Below are positions 30,079 to 38,653 of a stretch of DNA of 64,000 nucleotides, piece by piece. Made by a program: the position numbers and the translations under genes. Positions within the stretch are counted from its first letter, which is position 1. Every line of letters begins with the position of its first letter. The stretch lies in the IMG/VR virus record IMGVR_UViG_3300046323_000234. One strand, written 5' to 3'. The notes below the pieces were generated by a model. It did not search any database. It saw nothing but the letters and a program-made list of their open reading frames with translations, and was not told the DNA's origin. The stretch is from a virus.

Positions 30079-31923
30079 ATGGCAGATAATAGAATAAATT
30101 ATAATAAAAGAACATTTGGTCAGATAAGACAAGAATTATATGATTACATAAAACAATATTATCCAGAGACATTATCATCATTTTCTGATAGTTCAATTGG
30201 ATCATTATTAATAGATTTATGTGCTGCTGTTGGAAATAACTTATCAATCAATACCGATAGGGCTTTTCAAGAAACCCAATTGGAATATGCACAACAAAGA
30301 AAATCATTATTTGCATTGGCAAAGAATATGGGATTCAATATTCCATCAAAAAGAGCATCAGTAACTGTTGTTGATTTTTCGGTTACAGTTCCAACAAATG
30401 GTGATTCATTTGATACCGAATATTTACCAATCCTAAAAATGGGTGCTCAAATATTGGGAGGTGGAAAGACATTTGAAACGATTGATGATATTGATTTTTC
30501 TTCACCAACATCAAACTTTGGAACAGCAAATAGAACGATTGTTCCCAATTTTAATTCAAATAATATAATTCAAAATTATACATTAACAAAAAGAGAGGTT
30601 GTATATAATGGTGCAGTATCCATATTTAAAAAAGTAATTAGACCAGAAGAGTCTGTTCAATTTATGGAAGTTATATTACCAGATGATGATGTATTATCAA
30701 TTGAACAAGTTATTGTATTGAATGGTGTTAATTATAGTACAAATCCAGCATTGACTGATTTTTTCGATCCAGACAATAGATTTTATGAAGTTGATTATTT
30801 AGCTGAACAAAAGATTTTTGTTGAAAATGGTTCAATTGGTTTATCTGGTTCATCTGGAATTAAATCTGGTGTATATTTGGAAACGACAAAGAAATTTATA
30901 AAAGAATATAGTGAAAATGGATTTTGTAAATTAATATTTGGTGGTGGTAATCCAGATTTGGATTTATTTAATGAAGCAATAAATAGTGTTGGATTTGGAT
31001 CAGTTAACTTCTTGCAAAACTATCTAAACAATACTTCATTGGGTGAAATGCCAAGAGGTAATACAACAATGTTTATTAGATATAGAACTGGTGGTGGTGC
31101 AGCATCAAATGTTGGTGCTAATGTATTAACAACCACTGGAAATTATAGTATGGTTGTTAATGGTAGAAGAGAAGATTTTAATAGATTAGTTAATAGAAGT
31201 TTAAAAACAAATAATCCAATACCAGCAATTGGTGGTTCTGATGATTTGTCAATTGAACAAATCAGAAAATTGATTTCATATAATTTTTCAGCACAAAATA
31301 GATGTGTTACTATTGAAGATTATTTATCAAGGGTTTATCAGATGCCTGGGAAATTTGGTGCGCCATTTAGATTAAATGCATTTAAAGCAGATAATAAAGT
31401 GGTAATACCAATTATTGGATTGGGTGCTGATGGTACATTGGATAATAGTAGCACAACAATATTAAAACAAAATATTGCTGAATACTTAAAAAAGTATAGA
31501 ATGATAAATGATTATGTTGAAGTTAGAGATGGAAAAGTATTCAATCTATCATTTGATTTTACACTATATATAAGTGATAATAATAATCAAAATGAAATCG
31601 CCAACTTGGTTATTAGAACAATATCAAATTATTTCGATATTAATAATAGACAAATAAACGAAGATATATTTGTTGGTGATTTAATTAAAATGGTTAATGA
31701 TATTAATGGCGTTATTAACGTCATATCATATAAAATATATAATAAGGTCGGTAATGGTTACTCATTAAATGAAATAGAAATGGCTTATGTTAATGATACA
31801 ACCAGAGAAGTTCAATTAATAAATAACACAATATATTCAGTGGAAGATTCCATGTTTGAAATCAAATACCCACAAAAAGATATTAGAGTCTTTATAAATA
31901 AAAAGAATCAATTACTTGGTTAA
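30079..31923 (+). CDS. Baseplate wedge protein (T4 gp6/baseplate J-like)
   Basis: YIKQYYPET..FSDSSIG..., AQQRKSLFALAKNMG, LIFGGG, NPIPAIGG, AQNRCVTIEDY. Confidence 0.85.
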   Translation: MADNRINYNKRTFGQIRQELYDYIKQYYPETLSSFSDSSIGSLLIDLCAAVGNNLSINTDRAFQETQLEYAQQRKSLFALAKNMGFNIPSKRASVTVVDFSVTVPTNGDSFDTEYLPILKMGAQILGGGKTFETIDDIDFSSPTSNFGTANRTIVPNFNSNNIIQNYTLTKREVVYNGAVSIFKKVIRPEESVQFMEVILPDDDVLSIEQVIVLNGVNYSTNPALTDFFDPDNRFYEVDYLAEQKIFVENGSIGLSGSSGIKSGVYLETTKKFIKEYSENGFCKLIFGGGNPDLDLFNEAINSVGFGSVNFLQNYLNNTSLGEMPRGNTTMFIRYRTGGGAASNVGANVLTTTGNYSMVVNGRREDFNRLVNRSLKTNNPIPAIGGSDDLSIEQIRKLISYNFSAQNRCVTIEDYLSRVYQMPGKFGAPFRLNAFKADNKVVIPIIGLGADGTLDNSSTTILKQNIAEYLKKYRMINDYVEVRDGKVFNLSFDFTLYISDNNNQNEIANLVIRTISNYFDINNRQINEDIFVGDLIKMVNDINGVINVISYKIYNKVGNGYSLNEIEMAYVNDTTREVQLINNTIYSVEDSMFEIKYPQKDIRVFINKKNQLLG

Positions 31924-31933
31924 TTAATTTAAA

Positions 31934-32497
31934 GTGGAAATGATTAAATATGCAATTCAATATAGTTCAGGTACAACATATTATATCAATTTTGGATTAA
32001 CCCAAAAATATGATAATGTTGGGTTATTTTCAATTGTTGGTTCTGGAACAACTGGAACTACACTTGTTAATAAAATAACTGGCTATACCGATTCTAGATT
32101 GATTGAACTTGAGAAATATACAATATCTGATGATATTTCACAAAAATATGTATTAACTGGTTCATCCACTTCGGATGGTGTTGTATATAATGATTCAACA
32201 GGTTCAACAATATCTTATTGGATTGGTGGAATTAATTATGTAGATTACAGTGCAACTACCGTTTTTACCTACTATTCAAGCGGTCTGACAGCTTTAAATT
32301 CATATAGCACAAATATTGTCGTTGAAGATAAAAATGTTAACCTGACCGATGATTCTAGGGTAGATAGTGATATTGATGTTGATAGACAATCAATATCAGT
32401 GTTTGAAAACCATTATAGAATAGCCACAGCAACAAATTTAAATGATTTAATAAACTATGCTGGTGGATCTTATTTCAATATTATTGAAAATAATTAA
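31934..32497 (+). CDS. Baseplate-associated structural protein
   Basis: Follows wedge genes; Ser/Thr/Gly-rich; DIDVDRQSISVFE. Confidence 0.5.
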   Translation: MEMIKYAIQYSSGTTYYINFGLTQKYDNVGLFSIVGSGTTGTTLVNKITGYTDSRLIELEKYTISDDISQKYVLTGSSTSDGVVYNDSTGSTISYWIGGINYVDYSATTVFTYYSSGLTALNSYSTNIVVEDKNVNLTDDSRVDSDIDVDRQSISVFENHYRIATATNLNDLINYAGGSYFNIIENN

Positions 32498-32585
32498 TGA
32501 TTGTTGTATTTTTAAAAAAAATGTTTTAGATTTGGGTTTTAAAATCACACATGGGTAAAAAATATCATAAACATGAATTAAAATA

Positions 32586-32789
32586 GTGCATATGCTTGTT
32601 TTAAAAGTCGCAGAAGGTAAATTCATTTATTCTCAATATGTGAAAGAAATCTTAAATCAGATATTAATAAATATTCAATATTCTGAATTAAATGTGTCAA
32701 TAAGTAAAGGTGATCATTTTAATACATATAGATTTGATTTATCAGACAAAAAATATATTAGATTAGTTTATTTGTGGAAACCTATATAA
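32586..32789 (+). CDS. Short tandem paralog 1 (YxxYLxPILNxI family)
   Basis: IYSQYVKEILNQILINIQYSE. Confidence 0.5.
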   Translation: MHMLVLKVAEGKFIYSQYVKEILNQILINIQYSELNVSISKGDHFNTYRFDLSDKKYIRLVYLWKPI

Positions 32790-32791
32790 TA

Positions 32792-32992
32792 ATGAACAAG
32801 AGAGTAGCATATTATCAAATTTGCAATAAAGATATAGATTACGGCTATTCAATGTATTTATATCCTATATTAAATAAAATTTTAATAAATATGCCCGATG
32901 ATGAATTGGATTATGTTTTTATTAAATATAATGTTAGAACATATCGCACATTTTTTAATGATATTGAGATGGATTATCATATTATGTTTTAG
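32792..32992 (+). CDS. Short tandem paralog 2
   Basis: GYSMYLYPILNKILINMPDDE. Confidence 0.55.
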   Translation: MNKRVAYYQICNKDIDYGYSMYLYPILNKILINMPDDELDYVFIKYNVRTYRTFFNDIEMDYHIMF

Positions 32993-32994
32993 TT

Positions 32995-33180
32995 ATGGAT
33001 ACATTCTTTAAGATTTCAAAACCTGAGTATCAATATTGTCAATATTTAGAGCCAATCTTAAATTCGATTTTTGAAAATATAATGATTGATGAATTTAATA
33101 ATTTTGTTGAATATAGATATTATGTGGCATATTTTAACGATATTAGATTAAAATATAAAATAAACGATTTACCATTTTAA
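32995..33180 (+). CDS. Short tandem paralog 3
   Basis: QYCQYLEPILNSIFENIMIDE; ends NDLPF. Confidence 0.55.
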   Translation: MDTFFKISKPEYQYCQYLEPILNSIFENIMIDEFNNFVEYRYYVAYFNDIRLKYKINDLPF

Positions 33181-33191
33181 TGATATAACCA

Positions 33192-33410
33192 ATGCCTTAC
33201 AAAATTAACGAAAGTAGTTATAAGTACTCAATATATCTAAAACCCATCTTATCCAATATTTTGGAAAATATGTTAACAGATAGTGAAATTATGGAACTAT
33301 GTGATTTAGGTTCTACTTTTTATGATAATAGATTTTTGCGTAGTCAAATTGTACTTGATTATGTTTTTCACCATAATAGAGAATCCATTAATAAAGTATC
33401 CATATTATAA
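33192..33410 (+). CDS. Short tandem paralog 4
   Basis: KYSIYLKPILSNILENMLTDSE. Confidence 0.55.
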   Translation: MPYKINESSYKYSIYLKPILSNILENMLTDSEIMELCDLGSTFYDNRFLRSQIVLDYVFHHNRESINKVSIL

Positions 33411-33427
33411 ATAACAATCACTATATA

Positions 33428-33640
33428 ATGTTCAGATATCAAGTTAATAATAGAAATTTCACATATTGCCAACATTTAGTGCCAATCCTAAATAAGATAT
33501 TCACTAATATAGAAACTGGTGAATTAAGGGGTATTGTATCAGTTGACTCATTTTTCCAAATGAAATTTGGTGAAATTGATATGAAATTAGTTCAATATGT
33601 TACTTTTGAATTTGATTTTGAAATGGATGTTGAAAATTGA
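33428..33640 (+). CDS. Short tandem paralog 5
   Basis: TYCQHLVPILNKIFTNIETGE. Confidence 0.55.
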   Translation: MFRYQVNNRNFTYCQHLVPILNKIFTNIETGELRGIVSVDSFFQMKFGEIDMKLVQYVTFEFDFEMDVEN

Positions 33641-33672
33641 AACCTTTTAATTGATTGTACGTTAGATTACAC

Positions 33673-35001
33673 ATGAAAAGAATGATACAAATTGCGAGAA
33701 GGCTTAAAACAATGGGAATAACATCATATTTTGTTGGTGGTTATGTTAGAGATGGGATTATGGGCATAACCTCCGATGATATAGACATTTGTTTGATTGG
33801 AGTTAAGGATAAGGAAGCTTTAACACAGATTTTATCACATTTGTGTGACAAATTAACCATTGAAGTTGGTGAGAAGTTTCCTGTTTGGATAGCAACAATT
33901 GATGATAAGAAGATTGATTTTGCTTTAGGTAGAGCCGAATTAAAATCTGGCCAATCCAGAAAAGACTTTGATATTATTGTTGATGATGTTTCTATTGAGC
34001 AAGATTTGCTTAGAAGAGATTTCACAATCAACGCAATAGCAAAAGATATCCTATCTGGTGAATATATTGATCCATATGGTGGTATATCTGATATAACCAA
34101 AATGCGATTAACGCATGTATCTGATGCATTTGCGGAAGATAGTTTAAGAGTGTTAAGAGCAGCTAGGTTTGCAAGTAGATTTGATTTATTACCAAGTGAT
34201 GAACTTAAACAATTGTGTAAATCAATCAAACCAACTGATATATCAAACGAAAGAGTTGGTATGGAGTTGTATAAAATGCTTCATCAAGCAACAAAACCAT
34301 CAATCTTTTTTAGATTTTTGAAAGATGTTGATTGGCTTGATTATTATTTTAAAGAACTATCAGATTTGATTGGTATTCAACAAGACCCAATCTGGCATCC
34401 AGAGGGTGATGCATTTGAACATACAATGCATACATTGGATCAAGCAAGTGATTATTTGATTAGATTGGCAATGATTTGTCATGACCTTGGAAAAGCATCA
34501 ACAACGGTATTTCGAAAAGGTAGATGGACGGCCTATGGTCACGATGTTGCTGGATTAGAACCAACCCAAAAAATGCTTGAAAATCTGAAATATTTTGATG
34601 GCAAGACAATAAAACAAATATTGGTTTTGGTTGAATTTCATATGGTTCACACACAACAGAAAATATCTGATAAATATTTGAAAAAGATACTTAGAAGACT
34701 ATTGGAAGTTGGTTTAACATATGAACATCTTGTTGAAGTTTGTAGATGTGATGTATCAGGTAGACCACCGATTGAAGGTTGTACACCAGACATAAGACAA
34801 AAGGATATTGATGCAATATTGCTAAGTGATGAGTTAAGACCAATCGTAACTGGTCAGGTCTTAATTGATGAATTTGAATTAACACCATCACCATCATTTA
34901 AAACAATATTAAAACAATGTTTAGATTTGCAAGATGCAAAAAAATTAAATAAATTAAACTATGTTTGCTTTGTTAAACAGTTCATTAAACAAGTAGCATA
35001 A
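33673..35001 (+). CDS. cca: CCA-adding tRNA nucleotidyltransferase with HD phosphatase domain
   Basis: YFVGGYVRD..DIDI, DLLRRDFTINA, EDSLRVLRAARF, SNERV, WHPEGDAFEH, CHDLGK. Confidence 0.92.
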   Translation: MKRMIQIARRLKTMGITSYFVGGYVRDGIMGITSDDIDICLIGVKDKEALTQILSHLCDKLTIEVGEKFPVWIATIDDKKIDFALGRAELKSGQSRKDFDIIVDDVSIEQDLLRRDFTINAIAKDILSGEYIDPYGGISDITKMRLTHVSDAFAEDSLRVLRAARFASRFDLLPSDELKQLCKSIKPTDISNERVGMELYKMLHQATKPSIFFRFLKDVDWLDYYFKELSDLIGIQQDPIWHPEGDAFEHTMHTLDQASDYLIRLAMICHDLGKASTTVFRKGRWTAYGHDVAGLEPTQKMLENLKYFDGKTIKQILVLVEFHMVHTQQKISDKYLKKILRRLLEVGLTYEHLVEVCRCDVSGRPPIEGCTPDIRQKDIDAILLSDELRPIVTGQVLIDEFELTPSPSFKTILKQCLDLQDAKKLNKLNYVCFVKQFIKQVA

Positions 35002-35003
35002 TA

Positions 35004-35039
35004 TAATCCCCATCACATATAGTATGGGGATTTTTTTAT
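35004..35039 (+). terminator. Intrinsic terminator
   Basis: AATCCCCAT...ATGGGGATTTTTTT. Confidence 0.75.
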
Positions 35040-35065
35040 AAACTATTTATATGAAACAATTATAA

Positions 35066-35968
35066 ATGGCTACTGGTTATTTCGGAAATATAAGACCAAC
35101 AGATATATCAATAACTGATATTGATATTTTTTATACATACTCACCAGACAGAGTTACACAATCATTAACAGTTTATAGATTAGAAGCATCTGATGTATTA
35201 ACTGAACTAAATGAACCTACTGATGAGGGTACATCCATATTTGGTGGTATGTATAATCTAAAACTCCCTTCAGATATATTCAATAATCTTGGAATATATA
35301 ATATAATAATTAGACCTAAACAAATCAAAACAACGATTACTGATTGTGGTGTTTTATCTGCCATACCATCTGTAAAGGGTATATTAATTGATACTACACT
35401 TCCAGAATTAGCTGATATATCTGATAAGTTAGGGAATAATGGATTGGTTGGTTATAGAATAGAATACTTTGAAGATAATGGTGATAAAACCAGAGGTGTA
35501 TTTAGAATTGTAACATCTGCCAATAGAGTTGAACCAGTAAACGAGAACATAAATAACACAACACAAACAAGTGTTAGATATAGATTTAATGATACATCCA
35601 ATCTATTATTTTTAACATTAACACCATCAACGGCTGCAAGCGTTAAACCTAACTCAACACCATTTATTGGATCAGCAAATCAAGAAATATTATTAATAAA
35701 TACACAATTTAATCCAGTAATGTTGGAAGTTGAATTGGTTGAAAATACATTGGATACATTGGCCATTGGTATATTTGGTGAACAAATCAGAAGTGCAGAA
35801 GATGGAATTGTTACATATTATGATAAAAATAGATTAATTTATAAACAATTTGATACGTTTGAACTAAGAGATGATTTCCAAAAATTATTATATGAGGCCA
35901 AACTAAAAAGAACAACTATTGATGAAAGTAAAGATTTCGATAATATTATTACCGATGATATAGCTTAA
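35066..35968 (+). CDS. Virion structural protein (baseplate region)
   Basis: Late motif at 35043; 300 aa; lies among baseplate genes. Confidence 0.5.
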   Translation: MATGYFGNIRPTDISITDIDIFYTYSPDRVTQSLTVYRLEASDVLTELNEPTDEGTSIFGGMYNLKLPSDIFNNLGIYNIIIRPKQIKTTITDCGVLSAIPSVKGILIDTTLPELADISDKLGNNGLVGYRIEYFEDNGDKTRGVFRIVTSANRVEPVNENINNTTQTSVRYRFNDTSNLLFLTLTPSTAASVKPNSTPFIGSANQEILLINTQFNPVMLEVELVENTLDTLAIGIFGEQIRSAEDGIVTYYDKNRLIYKQFDTFELRDDFQKLLYEAKLKRTTIDESKDFDNIITDDIA

Positions 35969-35980
35969 TTTTTATATTGT

Positions 35981-38617
35981 ATGAATTTAAAGAATATAAT
36001 AGAAAGTGAGATTAAAAACTTTTTGAACGAAGATTTTAAATCAATGAAAGCACAATACCTTAAACAAGGTATTGATTCTAAAATCATTGATAACTATATT
36101 GATACATTTAAAACTATTAAAGATTTTAGAGAACTTAATGATGATATTATTGATTTTAAAATTGATAAAGATAAACGTAAAATTATAGATAACTATAAAG
36201 ATTTTCATCAGCTTGAAACTATTGTTGATTATGTTAAAGGTAAGCGTAATATAAAAAATGCTTCATTTGAAGAAGAGGATGAAGAAGATGAAACGTTAGA
36301 ATTCCCTGGGAATATTGTCCTTAAAGATGATCAGCTTGATATTAAATACGCCAATTCACCTCGTGCTTGCATTAAATATAAAGGTAAATTTCCTTATTCT
36401 TGGTGCATATCTCGTACTGATGCATCTAATATGTTTTCAACATATAGGTTCAAAGAGAATGAACCTGCATTCTATTTTATAAAAAGAATTAAAGCAACCG
36501 AAAATGAATTTGGTGTTTGGAATATGACCAAAAATGTATTTAATGGATCGTTTAAAGATAAATATCATTTTTTTGTTGTACAAGTACATAAAAACGCTAA
36601 ACTTAATAATACCACACAACAACAATATACGGTTACATCAGCACAAAATGATGGTGATAAACTAATGTCATGGAATGATATTTTAAAATTTGCACCCGAA
36701 TTAAATGGTAAACAAGAATTAATTAAACCAATACCCTTATCACCAAAGGAAAAAGAGACATTTAATAAATATAATAGTGGAATAAGTGATGAAGAGTTTG
36801 CAAAGTTAGATTATAAAGAAAAACGTAATTACTTAGATGTATATGTTAAGATGAATAAACATATAACCGATAATCAGTTTAATGCGTTACCCGATGATCT
36901 AAAAAATTTGTATATTGGATTGGGTGTACCAATAAGTAAGTATATGTTTGATTATGTGATGAGTAATGGTAAATTAAAGAAAAGATATGATGATATATTA
37001 AGTAAAAGAATTGGTGAATTAATAAAAGGCACTGCTGGTATTGGATTTGGTGTTGAAGAAGTATCATATAGTTTTCAGATTGGTTTATTGGATGGTGATA
37101 AATTGAATGCACAGAGTGTTAATATATTATTTAAAAACGCATCAATAGAACAAAAATACAATATGGTTAAACAAATAATTTCATATGTAAAAGATAAATT
37201 GAATTCAGATATAATTAATAGTTTGTTATATAAATTATCAAAAGAACAAAAGTATGATATGATTAAACAAATATTTCCATATGTGAAGGATAAATTGGAT
37301 TCTAGTATGATTAATAGGTTGTTAAATAACACACCACAAGAACAAAAGTATGATATGGTTAAGCAAATATTTCCATATGTGAAGGATAAATTGGATTCTA
37401 GTATGATTAATAGGTTGTTAGATAACACACCACAAGAACAAAAGTATGATATGGTTAAGCAAATATTTCCATATGTGAAGGATAAATTGGATTCTAGTAT
37501 GATTAATAGGTTGTTAGATAACACACCACAAGAACAAAAGTATGATATGGTTAAGCAAATATTTCCATATGTGAAGGATAAATTGAATTCTAGTATGATT
37601 AATAGGTTGTTAGATAACACACCACAAGAACAAGAATATGATATGGTTAAGCAAATATTTCCATATGTGAAGGATAAATTGGATTCTAGTATGATTAATA
37701 GGTTGTTAGATAACACACCACAAGAACAAGAATATGATATGGTTAAGCAAATATTTCCATATGTGAAGGATAAATTGAATTCAGATATAATTAATAGTTT
37801 GTTATATAAATTATCAAAAGAACAAAAGTATGATATGGTTAAGCAAATATTTCCATATGTGAAGGATAAATTGGAATGGGATGTGGTTCGTATTTTATTA
37901 TATTTTACACCACAAGAACAAAAGTATGATATGGTTAAGCAAATATTTCCATATGTAAAAGATAAATTAGATTTAGATATAATTAATAGTTTGTTAACAC
38001 ATACGCCACAAGAACATAAACAAGAGATACAATCATTAATAGATAAATATAAAAATAATCAATCAGCAATAAATGAAAGAATGATTAATAAATCAAAACA
38101 AAATATTGATATTATTAATATAATAACAGAAGAATTAAATAATATTACAAATCCAAACAAAAGTTTCAACAGAAACGAATATTTAAGATGGAAGCGTAAT
38201 AATGTTACATTGAGGGGTATTTCTGGAAATGTTGGTGAAGAAAACAATGCTGGTGCTATGTTTGGTAGTGGATTATATACAGCAGCTTTATCAAATAAAG
38301 CTATGGCTAAAAAATATGGTCAAGTTTATTTTGTTTTAAATGCGATACCAAAAAAACCAAAAGTTTTTAACGACACAAATATGGCAGAAATTTTTCAACA
38401 ACAACTTGTAACCAATTTTTGCAAAAAACATAATGTACCTAGAAGTAATCATTTCTTTAGTGAAAAGACAACAATTAGTGATGAGATGAAAAATATTGGA
38501 TATGATGGATTGGTAATAAAAGGACGTGAAATGGTTAATTATTCACCACCAGATAATGTTAAATATTTTAACAACGAAAATCAATTAATCCAATACTACG
38601 AAGATTTTGTTAAATAA
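35981..38617 (+). CDS. Polyvalent protein: leader + unknown domain + 32-aa helical repeats + ADP-ribosyltransferase-like C-terminal domain
   Basis: MNLKNIIESEIKNFLNE leader; SWCISR; repeats; TLRG...FGSGLYT...AKKYG...GYDGLVIKGREMV. Confidence 0.6.
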   Translation: MNLKNIIESEIKNFLNEDFKSMKAQYLKQGIDSKIIDNYIDTFKTIKDFRELNDDIIDFKIDKDKRKIIDNYKDFHQLETIVDYVKGKRNIKNASFEEEDEEDETLEFPGNIVLKDDQLDIKYANSPRACIKYKGKFPYSWCISRTDASNMFSTYRFKENEPAFYFIKRIKATENEFGVWNMTKNVFNGSFKDKYHFFVVQVHKNAKLNNTTQQQYTVTSAQNDGDKLMSWNDILKFAPELNGKQELIKPIPLSPKEKETFNKYNSGISDEEFAKLDYKEKRNYLDVYVKMNKHITDNQFNALPDDLKNLYIGLGVPISKYMFDYVMSNGKLKKRYDDILSKRIGELIKGTAGIGFGVEEVSYSFQIGLLDGDKLNAQSVNILFKNASIEQKYNMVKQIISYVKDKLNSDIINSLLYKLSKEQKYDMIKQIFPYVKDKLDSSMINRLLNNTPQEQKYDMVKQIFPYVKDKLDSSMINRLLDNTPQEQKYDMVKQIFPYVKDKLDSSMINRLLDNTPQEQKYDMVKQIFPYVKDKLNSSMINRLLDNTPQEQEYDMVKQIFPYVKDKLDSSMINRLLDNTPQEQEYDMVKQIFPYVKDKLNSDIINSLLYKLSKEQKYDMVKQIFPYVKDKLEWDVVRILLYFTPQEQKYDMVKQIFPYVKDKLDLDIINSLLTHTPQEHKQEIQSLIDKYKNNQSAINERMINKSKQNIDIINIITEELNNITNPNKSFNRNEYLRWKRNNVTLRGISGNVGEENNAGAMFGSGLYTAALSNKAMAKKYGQVYFVLNAIPKKPKVFNDTNMAEIFQQQLVTNFCKKHNVPRSNHFFSEKTTISDEMKNIGYDGLVIKGREMVNYSPPDNVKYFNNENQLIQYYEDFVK
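37136..38000 (+). repeat. Intragenic tandem repeat, about 9 x 96 bp (32 aa NTPQEQKYDMVKQIFPYVKDKLDSSMINRLLD)
   Basis: Unit starts at 37328 and 37424 are 96 bp apart; central copies nearly identical in DNA. Confidence 0.95.
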
Positions 38618-38653
38618 TTAATCCAAATCTATTTATATGAAAGTATATAGAAA

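Noticed and set aside
37075-37716. 213-aa antisense ORF and the many other short opposite-strand ORFs in the track
   Set aside because: Shadows of real genes (here of the tandem repeat); no start context or recognisable motifs.
37136-38000. Regular direct repeats resembling a CRISPR array
   Set aside because: 96-bp in-frame units with no unique spacers, inside a long ORF; this is a coding tandem repeat.
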